Assembly (NCBI GenBank): GCA_963717365.1
Contig: OY970327.1
Location: 1,055,752 to 1,119,751 of the forward strand
Direction of reading: 5' to 3'
Source of the DNA: Candidatus Saccharimonadia bacterium
Lineage (GTDB): Bacteria > Patescibacteriota > Saccharimonadia > Saccharimonadales > 2-12-FULL-41-12
DNA length: 64,000 nucleotides
Made by a program: the position numbers and the translations under genes. Below, piece by piece: positions 18,813 to 28,189 of this stretch; the stretch's first letter is position 1, and each line of letters begins with the position of its first letter. A model generated the notes under the pieces. The model saw only the letters and a list, made by a program, of their open reading frames with translations, made no database searches and was not told the DNA's origin.

Positions 18813-19025
18813 ATAATCTGGGAAGACTTGCACCCGCAGCTGTGACCTACTAACTAACAAACTTGTTTTAGCTAAACTTACTAACTTGACGGGTCACATT
18901 TTAACGATCTAGTGCTACTTCACTTGGTCTTCCGTAAAATAATTTATCAAACCAAAAATATTACGTCAAGACTTTTTTAAAGTTAAAATATGATATTCAG
19001 GAGAATCGTCAGAACTATATCTGAT

Positions 19026-19412
19026 CTAGGTATTGTTTATGGTTGTTACGTTAAGTTTATTACCAGGTTCTGGTGTAGAATTATTCTTCTTAACAATAGA
19101 ATAATTTGATTCTGTTAATACAACTTCCTCAATTGCTTCGACCTGATGCTTGAGCTTAATAATGAAAGAATCTCTATCCTTATGTAACTTCTAATAAAAG
19201 CTTAATTTTATTGGAATTCTAGAACTGCAATTTACGTCCGAACACTCGCATTTGAATTGTAAATCTAGGTCGGAGTCTCTGATGAGATGTGGGTTGCCGT
19301 CTTCAGCATGAAAGGAGTCAAGTTCATCCAAGTCGTCACCAACCTTTTCGTTGGCTCGTCTAAATATCATTTCATTTTCAATTTGTCGTCGTTCACTAAT
19401 CGGTATATCCAC
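19026..19412 (-). pseudogene. Small Cys-containing protein gene interrupted by a single in-frame TAG (73 + 54 codons)
   Basis: ORF 19191..19412 ends ...CECSDVNCSSRIPIKLSFY-TAG. The same frame continues KLHKDRDSFIIKLKHQVEAIEEVVLTESNYSIVKK... to a TAG at 19026-19028. Confidence 0.45.
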
Positions 19413-19543
19413 ACAGTAGTATAAGCATTTTAGTTGTATTAAGTTTGTAAGATACTGTAAGTATCAACTATAGACCAGTGACCATACCTTGATAACAGAT
19501 GAGAGAATAAATCTGCCGCAGCCGACTAGTACCAGGTATTAAT

Positions 19544-20485
19544 CTATTGATACCCATCAGGGGATAGGTCATAGCCTTTGCCCCAGTCACCTCCCGGTAA
19601 CCAGGTGTTGAGGTTTCGGCTTGCCCGTTTAAATTTACGGTGCGTAGTGTTTTTGGCTACCACTGCTTTAGAGTAGTCGGCAAGTTCTTTCATGATGGCC
19701 CAAAGCTTAATAGCTTCAATATCTAATTGAATGCCTGATAGACGTTGGTATTCTTGCGCACCGGCTAGCGCGACCTTTTCGCTGATACGATAGAGTTGCC
19801 GCAATTCCTGCTCTGGCGTGCCAACGGTTGTATCACCAAAGTCCAAAATACCCACAAGGTGATTATCTTCAAACATCATATTCTCAGTGTGTAAGTCGTC
19901 ATGCACGACTACCGTTGGAGCGGTATTGCATAATGTAAGCCATTCACCGTAGCATTTTTTAGCCAGGTTATCTTGTATAGTAGTTGGAAAGGTGCTGTCA
20001 TTAATGACTCTTTTATAGTAAATAGGGTATGGCTCATTGTCAGCCAGCTCATCCAGGCCAAGTTCTTGCCGCAATGGTAGCTCCTTGTTTAATGCGAGTG
20101 TTGCGTGCATAGTATGCGCAAACTGGGCTACTAATTTACTGAACTCTAGCTGCTGCTCCTCTGAAAATGTCCGAATGTGTGCTGAGCTAATATGATGTCC
20201 CGGCAGATGGCTCGTGACTGTGTAGGGTGGGTTAGCATGTTCGTCTAGAGTTTGAGGCAATGCAATAGTTCCAAGGTCTTCTAACTGCTTTAGAATATGT
20301 TTTTCGTAAACACCTCGCAAGTATGCACTTTCATTACGAGGGAAACGTACTGCATAACTGGTGCCAATAAGTGCAACAATGTTGTCGGCGCTATGTTCAA
20401 TCATATGGATGCTTTCATTGGGGTAGAGGTCGTGAGCAATCTCTCTGGCTGCTTTAACGTCAGCAAATTTCTGAGGTAGGTTCAT
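19544..20485 (-). CDS. Aminoglycoside/choline-kinase-type phosphotransferase (APH family)
   Basis: VVVHDDLHTENMMFEDNHLVGILDFGDTTVG holds the HxDxxxxN catalytic loop and DFG. The start was moved to the ATG at 20483-20485 because the longer ORF (to 20608) reads through a tRNA gene. Confidence 0.8.
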   Translation of the reverse strand: MNLPQKFADVKAAREIAHDLYPNESIHMIEHSADNIVALIGTSYAVRFPRNESAYLRGVYEKHILKQLEDLGTIALPQTLDEHANPPYTVTSHLPGHHISSAHIRTFSEEQQLEFSKLVAQFAHTMHATLALNKELPLRQELGLDELADNEPYPIYYKRVINDSTFPTTIQDNLAKKCYGEWLTLCNTAPTVVVHDDLHTENMMFEDNHLVGILDFGDTTVGTPEQELRQLYRISEKVALAGAQEYQRLSGIQLDIEAIKLWAIMKELADYSKAVVAKNTTHRKFKRASRNLNTWLPGGDWGKGYDLSPDGYQ

Positions 20486-20547
20486 AGTTTCATCATACCA
20501 AACCAAAGAAAAAACCTCAGATATTCTGAGGTTATAATGCTTAAACT

Positions 20548-20622
20548 TGGTAGCGGGGGCAGGACTCGAACCTGCGACCTTGTGGTTATGAGCCACACGA
20601 GCTGCCACTGCTCTACCCCGCG
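20548..20622 (-). tRNA. tRNA-Met (anticodon CAT), initiator-like
   Basis: Cloverleaf CGCGGGG-TA-GAGC..GCTC-G-TGTGG-CTCATAA-CCACA-AGGTC-GCAGG-TTCGAGT-CCTGC-CCCCGCT-A-CCA. It has a 1:72 mismatch (C x U) and strong overall similarity to bacterial tRNA-fMet. Confidence 0.8.
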
Positions 20623-20693
20623 TTAATACTTTCTTGAATAAAGCAGTTTATACCATAGCAGACAGAGGTCAAATTGTCAAAAGGTGGGAAGGG

Positions 20694-21329
20694 TTAGGCG
20701 GCTTGTTCCGTAGCTGGTTTATCCTTGCCGGGTAAACAGTGGGCGTCAACTTTCTTTAGCTGCCGGTGGCGCAATGATTTGCGGGATTCCTGGCCAGCAG
20801 TTTTGGGTGCGTCGGCTGATTCGTGGACGCGGGCCCACTTGGGAAAGTTATCACGGATGGCGCAGGTTAGCGCGCAGTGGCCACAGGCTAATGTTAACTC
20901 TCCGGCAGCCAGTAAGCGTGCCTTTTTAGCGTTTTTTCGAAGTTCGTCTTTATCATACCCTTCTAATAAACCAAGTTGTACGCGGTTAGCAGCTGATTCG
21001 CGGGTATTAGCAGCACTCAGGCGCTCATCTACTTTAACCAGGTGCCTGTTGCGCTCACTATAATTGCTAATTTCCACGCGCTGGTCACGGGTAGTCTGCG
21101 GGGTAATGGGTACCGGGCGGTCAGGGTGGTCAACACGCGCAGGGGCAGCAGCGCTAAATATATCAATCTGATCGGGATTGGCAGGAGGTTTTGGGGTTTC
21201 GTAGCTGTGCTGCGTTAGAATGTCGCCTTCCGCCAGGGCACTATTAGATGGTCCATCATGAAAATGAAGGTGGACATGGATTGGTGGTATCTCGCGAGTA
21301 TGGATAGCCATATCTATATTATAGCACAA
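20694..21329 (-). CDS. Hypothetical protein (alternative start ATG at 21309-21311)
   Basis: Long ORF with a His-rich N-terminus (HVHLHFH) and a CGHCALTC segment. No family recognised. Confidence 0.45.
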   Translation of the reverse strand: MCYNIDMAIHTREIPPIHVHLHFHDGPSNSALAEGDILTQHSYETPKPPANPDQIDIFSAAAPARVDHPDRPVPITPQTTRDQRVEISNYSERNRHLVKVDERLSAANTRESAANRVQLGLLEGYDKDELRKNAKKARLLAAGELTLACGHCALTCAIRDNFPKWARVHESADAPKTAGQESRKSLRHRQLKKVDAHCLPGKDKPATEQAA

Positions 21330-21357
21330 GCGTCAACAAAAGTAAATAGTCGGTACG

Positions 21358-22236
21358 CTAGTAGCCGAGTGTCGTAAGAACTGCTTCGGCCATAGCTTGC
21401 TGGCCTTTAATGTTCGGATGAAATGGAGCAGGTTCACCTGGTATGCCTCCAGGTCGCTGGATCCATGGATCGGCTGAACAGATATCATGTCCTGTAAAAT
21501 CAATCGGAGCAAACTTAGCAAAGCTAAAGTTTTCAGTAGCCGATTTGATAGCGGCATTAAAGAGTGCGGTTTGTTCTTGCAGCCAGTCGATCTCGCTTAA
21601 TGTTAAGCCGCTGATAGCTACGCAATTATCTGACATAGGCTGATAGTATCCGGTGACGGCAACTTGCGGTGCTGCGCCATGGCTGCGAAATTGTATATCA
21701 AGCAGGGCGGCCTGCATCTTGGCCTTCATCGCTGCGGTTAAGGCGGCTGCGGCAGCAGTATTGGCTTCGGTATCACAAGTTGTCACAAAACAGGCACCTA
21801 TGAACGTTGCCCATTGAATATCATTAGCTCCCATTGTCATGCTCATATAGCGGGGGGTACCATCGGCAAAGGCGGCATCAAGCTGAGGTCCAACGATTAT
21901 GGTACCAACAGTTTGAGGGAGTACCAGATTATTAACAGCCGCTCCCTGGCAAGATACATTCTTAGGAAGGGGGTTACCATCTAATTTAGAAGCCACAATA
22001 GTAACATATGCCTGGTCTGAGCGGCCGCAAGCTACATCCTCAGCCGTCGCGTTAGGGACAAGTGGCAAACCAAGCCCGGCCGCAACCGAATCACCCACGG
22101 CTACGTAGCTTTTAACACGCTTCTTAGTAGAAGTTTTAGAGGTAAGGTCAAGTGCGGCAGTTGAAGTCGGCATTATCACTAAACTGCAAGCTACCAATCC
22201 CATAATTAAATTTTTTAACGTTCGTATTTTTTGCAT
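21358..22236 (-). CDS. Secreted SGNH/GDSL hydrolase family protein
   Basis: Signal peptide followed by the YVAVGDSVAAGLG GDS block. Confidence 0.8.
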   Translation of the reverse strand: MQKIRTLKNLIMGLVACSLVIMPTSTAALDLTSKTSTKKRVKSYVAVGDSVAAGLGLPLVPNATAEDVACGRSDQAYVTIVASKLDGNPLPKNVSCQGAAVNNLVLPQTVGTIIVGPQLDAAFADGTPRYMSMTMGANDIQWATFIGACFVTTCDTEANTAAAAALTAAMKAKMQAALLDIQFRSHGAAPQVAVTGYYQPMSDNCVAISGLTLSEIDWLQEQTALFNAAIKSATENFSFAKFAPIDFTGHDICSADPWIQRPGGIPGEPAPFHPNIKGQQAMAEAVLTTLGY

Positions 22237-22370
22237 AATGCCCCCGTGAAGTTAATTTCCACATAATAGCATAAGCCTAATATTGGGTCTGTGAAACAAC
22301 GCATATCTCTGTTACAGGGCTCGCAGAATATCTTGGGGTAGTTTTTGCATTATACAGGTAGTACAACAAT

Positions 22371-22396
22371 AAAAAAGACCCCTGTTACCAGGAGCC
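22371..22396 (-). terminator. Rho-independent terminator downstream of the RRM gene
   Basis: The minus strand reads GGCTCCTGGTAACAGGGGTC followed by TTTTTT. Confidence 0.5.
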
Positions 22397-22415
22397 TTAG
22401 TTGTAGTTGGTAATA

Positions 22416-22730
22416 TTACCAGCTGCGTTTTTGGACGGGACCTTTGTTGCCGTCGAAGTTGCGTCGGGGAAACCCGTCGCGCTTTTCGATTGGGCGTGCC
22501 TCGTTGACGCGGATAGTGCGCCCGCCAAGGTCAGTCTCGTTCATAGCGGCTTCAGCTGCTTTACCTTCGTCGTCATTTTCGAATTCGACGAAGCCAAAGC
22601 CTTTGCTGCGGCCTGTTTCGCGGTCCATGATAACCTTAGCGCTTGCTACGGTACCATGTGCAGCAAATGCTGCTGCCAACTCTTCATCAGTAGTTGTGAA
22701 GGGAAGGCCACCTACGTATAATTTGTACAT
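22416..22730 (-). CDS. RNA-binding protein with an RRM domain
   Basis: RNP-2 KLYVGGL and RNP-1 KGFGFVEF. The start was chosen at the ATG 22728-22730, which has AAAGGAAAC upstream. The ORF track start at 22763 is less likely. Confidence 0.85.
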   Translation of the reverse strand: MYKLYVGGLPFTTTDEELAAAFAAHGTVASAKVIMDRETGRSKGFGFVEFENDDEGKAAEAAMNETDLGGRTIRVNEARPIEKRDGFPRRNFDGNKGPVQKRSW

Positions 22731-22925
22731 ATTGTGTATAGTTTCCTTTGTATTAGTAAACAATCGACCAGGAACTCTTTTATTCTGACCAGGTTCATTT
22801 TAGTGAGCCTTACTTATCTAACGAAAGAAAACTATACTTACACGAACCAAGAACAATTAAGATCTTGCACTGACAGTTAAACACATATATACTAGTGTAG
22901 TCAAATGCTAACACTATAGAAACTA

Positions 22926-22953
22926 TTGACAAATCGGCATATTTGTGTATAAT
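22926..22953 (+). promoter_or_regulatory. Near-consensus promoter TTGACA-16-TATAAT
   Basis: TTGACA at 22926-22931 and TATAAT at 22948-22953. Confidence 0.5.
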
Positions 22954-23018
22954 AGTAATTGTTAGTCGACTAAAACAAACACATCAAAAAACAAAATATA
23001 ACAAGGAGCACTATCACT

Positions 23019-23102
23019 ATGGGTTCAGCCGGTATAGGCTATGAATTTCTTGAAACTAAAAATGCGGTTATCCTCAAAATTGATAAAATTTTGGGCAACT
23101 AA
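23019..23102 (+). CDS. Candidate 27-aa small ORF (MGSAGIGYEFLETKNAVILKIDKILGN)
   Basis: AAGGAG lies 8 nt upstream of the ATG. The ORF sits between the strong promoter and the strong terminator. It is below the ORF-track size cutoff. Confidence 0.3.
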   Translation: MGSAGIGYEFLETKNAVILKIDKILGN

Positions 23103-23164
23103 TACGTACAGCTAAAGAATATACGTTGCTAAAACGTACAGCAAAAACAAAAAACAAAAATAAA

Positions 23165-23191
23165 ACACCCGGAGCGCTCCGGGTGTTTTTG
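23165..23191 (+). terminator. Rho-independent terminator
   Basis: ACACCCGGAG-CG-CTCCGGGTGT perfect 10-bp GC-rich stem followed by TTTTT. Confidence 0.7.
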
Positions 23192-23284
23192 CATAGGTTG
23201 GTAGTTGTCTTTCCACCGAACCGATAGCAATATACTTGAGATTGTCAAGTATTGACTTAATCAAGTATAATATAGTGACATACT

Positions 23285-23695
23285 ATGAAGCATTCAACTG
23301 AGATGTACCGAAAATTACTATTGCTGATGATGCACTCTAAGCGTCACATGCACGCCGTAATTGAAAAATGGCAGATGACACCGGTGCAAGGCATGATGCT
23401 TATGGTGCTTCAAGAAGGCCAAAGTAAGCCCATGCAAGAACTGTCGATAATAATGGGTTGCGACGCTTCAAATGTTACCGGACTAGTTGATCGGCTGGAG
23501 AGCCAGGGCCTGATTGAGCGTACAACGGATCCCCAGGATCGCCGTGTTAAGATGATAAAACTCAGTTCTAAGGGCTGCGAGTGCCGGTCCGCCATTTTAG
23601 AAGGCTTGCGATCGGCCGAAGCCGCCGACTTACAAAAACTTACAGAGGAAGAAACGGTTACCTTAGCGCGGATCATTGATAAGATGCTTAACTAG
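23285..23695 (+). CDS. MarR family transcriptional regulator
   Basis: The winged-helix segment VTGLVDRLESQGLIERTTDPQDRRVKMIKLSSKG is typical of MarR. Confidence 0.85.
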   Translation: MKHSTEMYRKLLLLMMHSKRHMHAVIEKWQMTPVQGMMLMVLQEGQSKPMQELSIIMGCDASNVTGLVDRLESQGLIERTTDPQDRRVKMIKLSSKGCECRSAILEGLRSAEAADLQKLTEEETVTLARIIDKMLN

Positions 23696-23713
23696 ATTTA
23701 TCATAAATCTAAC

Positions 23714-24244
23714 ATGGCTCACATTCACACCAAACCCGGACAGCACGACCACACCGCTAGCGCTTTTATTGTTCGAACTGACTTCTCGGAACCAAAATTA
23801 ATGCTACATATGCATAAGAAGATACATAGTTACCTTCAATTTGGCGGCCATATTGAGCTGCACGAGACACCGTGGCAAGCCATTACCCATGAAATACGGG
23901 AAGAGTCAGGCTATGTTATAGATAAATTGAAGCTGCTGCAACCAAAACGTCGTCTGCAGTCTTTAACAAACGTTGTACTGCATCCGATGCCCATTTATCA
24001 CAACACCCATAACTTTAGCGAAACCCATTTTCATACTGATGTGGCCTATGCCTTTGTGGCTGATCAAAAGCCTAGTGTCAAGTTAGATGCTTCCGAGTCA
24101 AGCGAGATGTTGCTGGTTTCCCGTCAAGAGTTAGTTGACCTGTCTTCTGACCATATCTTTGAGAGTGTCCGCGAAGCCGGCTTATTTGTATTTGACCATT
24201 GTTTGCCGCATTGGGAAGTGGTTGATCAATCTAATTTTGCGTAA
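23714..24244 (+). CDS. NUDIX hydrolase
   Basis: Nudix box GGHIELHETPWQAITHEIREESGY. Confidence 0.75.
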   Translation: MAHIHTKPGQHDHTASAFIVRTDFSEPKLMLHMHKKIHSYLQFGGHIELHETPWQAITHEIREESGYVIDKLKLLQPKRRLQSLTNVVLHPMPIYHNTHNFSETHFHTDVAYAFVADQKPSVKLDASESSEMLLVSRQELVDLSSDHIFESVREAGLFVFDHCLPHWEVVDQSNFA

Positions 24245-24275
24245 ACCAACCTTCCTCTATAATAGGTGCATATAG

Positions 24276-25616
24276 ATGATTGAACTTCTTCTTATAGCGA
24301 TCGCATTGTTGCTGGTAGTAGCCTGCGGACTGTTTGTAGCTGCCGAGTTTGCATTTGTGACGGTTGACCGTTCAAGGATTGAGCGGCTAGCAAAAGATGG
24401 AGACACTGGTGCTGCCGGTGTTCTTACGGCGCTAAGGACTCTATCTACCCAGTTGTCGGGTGCCCAGGTGGGCATTACGATTACTAACCTAGCGATTGGT
24501 TTTTTGGCTGAACCAGCCGTAGCTGATCTGCTACGCGGCCCGCTGGAATCTATGGGCTTAAACGGAACGGCTATTTCTACGGTGGCGATTACGCTGGCCA
24601 TTACCGTGGCAACCATTGTCACTATGTTGTTTGGCGAACTAGTGCCGAAGAACTTGGCAATTGCCCGTCCAATTGGAACCGCCAAAGCCGTACAGCGGCC
24701 GCAGCGGGCTTTTAGTAAACTAATGCATTACCCGATAGCGTTTATGAATGGCACAGCCAACCGAATTTTGCGCTGGCTGGATATTGAACCGCGCGAAGAG
24801 CTGGCTTCGGCTCGATCGGTTGAAGAGTTATTATCGGTGGTTCGTCATTCAGCCAAGCGCGGTACGCTTGCCAAGGACACTGCTATATTGGTTGAGCGGT
24901 CATTAGAATTTAGCGAACGGCACGCATCTGATGTTATGACTCCACGTGTCAGATTAGAAACAGTTGACCAATCACAACCGTTGACTGAAGTCGTAGAAGC
25001 CGTCAAACAGTTCGGTTTTTCACGCTACCCGGTGGTTGACGGCGAGATAGATAACATTGTTGGCGTAATTAGTATCAAGCATGCTGTTGCAGTGCCGCAC
25101 AGTAAACGCAAAGACGTAACAATCGGCAGCATCATGAAAAAAGTCCTGTTTGTGCCGTCTAGTATGGAATTGGATGATTTAATTGAGAAAATGCGCGATG
25201 AAGCCATGGAAATGGTAGTAGCGATTGATGAATTTGGCGGCGTTGACGGTATTGTTACATTAGAAGATTTGATCGAGGAGCTGGTAGGCGAAGTTACCGA
25301 CGAACACGACGAAAGCGGTATGGCTATTCGTCGGCTCAAGCGTAATGTATGGTCTGTTTCGTGCTTACTGCGGCCGGATGAAGTTAGTCACGTCACAGGC
25401 TTACTATTACCGGAGGATGAAGAGTTTGAGACAATCGGCGGACTAGTGCTCGACCAACTGGACGAAGTACCTTCCATTGGTGATTCAGTTGTAGTTCCAG
25501 TGCTGACGCATGATGGCCAACGAAAGCACGTGCAACTGCGGGTTAAAAAAATGGATGGACGGCGGATTGACCGGGTTGAATTATCGATTGTTAAGTCACC
25601 GGAGATCCAGTCATGA
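24276..25616 (+). CDS. CNNM/hemolysin-family transporter-associated protein (DUF21, CBS pair, CorC_HlyC)
   Basis: N-terminal DUF21 TM domain (FVAAEFAFV, FGELVPK), tandem CBS region, and a C-terminal CorC-like domain. Confidence 0.85.
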   Translation: MIELLLIAIALLLVVACGLFVAAEFAFVTVDRSRIERLAKDGDTGAAGVLTALRTLSTQLSGAQVGITITNLAIGFLAEPAVADLLRGPLESMGLNGTAISTVAITLAITVATIVTMLFGELVPKNLAIARPIGTAKAVQRPQRAFSKLMHYPIAFMNGTANRILRWLDIEPREELASARSVEELLSVVRHSAKRGTLAKDTAILVERSLEFSERHASDVMTPRVRLETVDQSQPLTEVVEAVKQFGFSRYPVVDGEIDNIVGVISIKHAVAVPHSKRKDVTIGSIMKKVLFVPSSMELDDLIEKMRDEAMEMVVAIDEFGGVDGIVTLEDLIEELVGEVTDEHDESGMAIRRLKRNVWSVSCLLRPDEVSHVTGLLLPEDEEFETIGGLVLDQLDEVPSIGDSVVVPVLTHDGQRKHVQLRVKKMDGRRIDRVELSIVKSPEIQS

Positions 25617-26635
25617 GTGTTGAACTTGGCTTGCTGATTGCACTATTGCTGCTACTAGGTAATGCCTTTTTTGTCGGTGCCGAGTTTAGTCTAGTGTCGG
25701 TTCGACGCAGCGCCATCGAACCCTTGGCCGCCGCCGGATCCAAGAAGGCGTTAATGACTTTGCGGGCGCTTGAAAACGTCTCAATGTTAATGGCAGGCGC
25801 TCAACTAGGTATTACCTTATGTACGCTTGGACTTGGTGCTGTTGCCGAACCGGCCATTGCCCATCTAATAGAGAACCCTCTGCATACACTGCATGTTTCA
25901 GATCACTTATTGCATCCTATCGCCTTTATAATTACATTGCTGATCACTGTATTTCTTCACGTTGTGATTGGCGAAATGGTACCAAAGAATATCGCGCTGG
26001 CCCGGCCAGAACAATCTGCCTTATTGCTGACACCGCGGTTGGTTTTTGTAGTTAAGATTTTAAAACCAGTTATTACCGTCCTTAATGCAATGTCTAACGG
26101 CGTTCTGCGTCTGATTGGCATAAATCCTAAAAACGAAGTTGCCAGCACCTATACACGGGACGAAATGGCCGACCTTGTCAAAGAGTCCCGCAAAGAAGGT
26201 TACTTAAGTGAAGATAACGAACAACTGCTGAGCGGCGCCCTAACGTTTGATGCCCAAACCGTCCGCGATATCGCCATACCGTTCGAGTCGGTCGTGGTAG
26301 TTGATTCAAGTGCGACCTATGGTGACATAGAAGAGCTGTCGGCCAGCACTGGCTTTTCACGCTTTCCGGTAATTGGTAAAAAAGACAGATTGGTTGGCTA
26401 TGTCCATATTAAGGATATTATTCAAAATGATAATCAGCTGCGTCGCACTCAACTGAGCAAAAACGATATTCGCCCATTAATACCTATCTCGGCTAATCAA
26501 TCGATCCGTATGACGCTTAAAGTTATGCAGCGCAGTGGCGCACACGTGGCCATGGTGGCACACGGCAAAACGCTCATTGGCTTGGTAACACTAGAAGACG
26601 TCTTAGAAGAGCTGGTTGGAGAGATGAGAATTTAG
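25613..26635 (+). CDS. DUF21-CBS domain protein (CNNM family, lacks the CorC C-terminal domain)
   Basis: FVGAEFSLVS and IGEMVPKN motifs plus CBS pairs. Its start overlaps the upstream paralog's stop (ATGA). Confidence 0.8.
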   Translation: MSVELGLLIALLLLLGNAFFVGAEFSLVSVRRSAIEPLAAAGSKKALMTLRALENVSMLMAGAQLGITLCTLGLGAVAEPAIAHLIENPLHTLHVSDHLLHPIAFIITLLITVFLHVVIGEMVPKNIALARPEQSALLLTPRLVFVVKILKPVITVLNAMSNGVLRLIGINPKNEVASTYTRDEMADLVKESRKEGYLSEDNEQLLSGALTFDAQTVRDIAIPFESVVVVDSSATYGDIEELSASTGFSRFPVIGKKDRLVGYVHIKDIIQNDNQLRRTQLSKNDIRPLIPISANQSIRMTLKVMQRSGAHVAMVAHGKTLIGLVTLEDVLEELVGEMRI

Positions 26636-26656
26636 TAGACAGGGTCTAGCCATAAA

Positions 26657-27358
26657 TTAGTCGCGCAGCAAGCAGACATGCGGACGATTTTTACTGTCAC
26701 AGCTAAGTCTAATCAAAGGTCGATTTTTCTTATTCGAACTAGAGGGCTTAGGATCATTCGTGAGTAGTGGTTGCCTGCCAATGGCGGTGATCTCCGCTAT
26801 TGGTTCGGTAAGCACACGCTCTTCTTTAAGCACACGCTCTGTTTCTTGGCTGTCATGATAGGTAACCTTGTATATAAGTTGTTTCTCGCCGTCTTTGCCC
26901 GGCTGAACAATCCTGGTTTGATTAACAGGTAACAATGGGTCGTCCTGTTGCTGCTTGGCGTAGGCGATCAGTTCAATAACCTGGATATCTTCTGTTTTAA
27001 TTGGTTCTTGGTCGGTATTTTGAGATTGTTTCAAAGGAGTTATGGTAGTTTGATCCGGCTTAGTGTTGTCAGATACAAAAGTTTGGTTGGCAGGCTGGGT
27101 AGCGAAAAAAATAGTTCCACTAAGCAAACTGATAAAAACGCTACCCGCCACAATGTATTTTCGTTCACTAAATTCTTGAAACATTTTTTTAAAAGCCAGC
27201 GGCTTAATAATGCCAATAATGAGAATTAGTAAGACAACACCAAGCACAATAACACTGCCTTGGTGCACCAATTCTTGGGTACTGTCTATCATGTTTGAGT
27301 TCATTTGCGAGATTATAATCCTTTGAGTCTCCTGGCGAAAGTTGGTGGGCCAGTCCAA
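26657..27358 (-). CDS. Membrane-anchored G5 domain protein
   Basis: TM helices, then QTRIVQPGKDGEKQLIYKVTYHDSQETERVLKEERVLTEPIAEITAIG (G5-like). The start codon is uncertain. Confidence 0.5.
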   Translation of the reverse strand: MDWPTNFRQETQRIIISQMNSNMIDSTQELVHQGSVIVLGVVLLILIIGIIKPLAFKKMFQEFSERKYIVAGSVFISLLSGTIFFATQPANQTFVSDNTKPDQTTITPLKQSQNTDQEPIKTEDIQVIELIAYAKQQQDDPLLPVNQTRIVQPGKDGEKQLIYKVTYHDSQETERVLKEERVLTEPIAEITAIGRQPLLTNDPKPSSSNKKNRPLIRLSCDSKNRPHVCLLRD

Positions 27359-27485
27359 ACTACGAAGTCTCTATTTAAGCAGAATTACGCATCATCTGGC
27401 AAATCGTAAGCGGTTATATTGTTCATTATTTTATGGTTCCATGTGAGATGACCGCAGCATAAGGTGACAGAAGTACTGGAATTAT

Positions 27486-27917
27486 TTGCCAAGCAGGCTA
27501 ATAATAGAGTATATGTCAGAAATAGAACCTCGTTGGGAGACTGAATACCAGTATGACTATGAGAACTTTTGCGCCGGACAGGAGTTGCTGAATTCGATGC
27601 GGCACATGGCACAAGAGCTTAAGGCAGGCAAACAAGTCTCGCTATTATTTACCTTATGGAAGAGACAAGCCGAGGTATTTGTAGTCAATACTGATTATGA
27701 GGCAACACTGTTAGGGCTTGAGGATACTGAGACGCCACACCTGATTGTGGGCGACGTATACAATTTTTTAATAGTTAATCCTGAAGAATCCAAAGAAACC
27801 GCCGAAGATATCCCGCTCGGGCATCATGACATTATGAGAATACTACTAAGTGATTTTACTAGCATGCATTACATTGTTCACAAGCCAAAAGATAAAGACC
27901 AAAAATATTATTGGTAG
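27486..27917 (+). CDS. Hypothetical protein
   Basis: ORF only. The start may be the ATG at 27513 (MSEIEPRW). Confidence 0.45.
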   Translation: MPSRLIIEYMSEIEPRWETEYQYDYENFCAGQELLNSMRHMAQELKAGKQVSLLFTLWKRQAEVFVVNTDYEATLLGLEDTETPHLIVGDVYNFLIVNPEESKETAEDIPLGHHDIMRILLSDFTSMHYIVHKPKDKDQKYYW

Positions 27918-28017
27918 CTATTACTGGGCAGATTCAGGTTGCTTTGTTTCAGTTAAGGTCGCGTCAACTTGCTCGGCCTGTTGCCGGTAAGCTTGTGTAT
28001 CAAGAGAGAAGTCAATA

Positions 28018-28094
28018 TGGTAGCAGCGACTGGGTTTGAACCAGTGACCTCAGGCTTATGAGTCCTGCGCTCTAACCAACTGAGCTACGCTGCC
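28018..28094 (-). tRNA. tRNA with anticodon CAT (elongator Met or Ile2/lysidine type)
   Basis: GGCAGCG-TA-GCTC-AGTTGGTT-AGAGC-G-CAGGA-CTCATAA-GCCTG-AGGTC-ACTGG-TTCAAAC-CCAGT-CGCTGCT-A-CCA. Confidence 0.85.
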
Positions 28095-28189
28095 ACGGCT
28101 GTAAAAATGAGTAGAAAATTCACGTTTAACAGATGATAATATATCATAAATTTCACTATAAATAAACTCATGCTACAATTAAAATCTAG

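Noticed and set aside
20486-20608. N-terminal 41 codons of ORF 19544..20608 (MAARVAHNHKVAGSSPAPATKF...).
   Set aside because: This stretch is the reverse complement of a tRNA gene (20548..20622). The kinase-like protein starts at the internal ATG 20483-20485.
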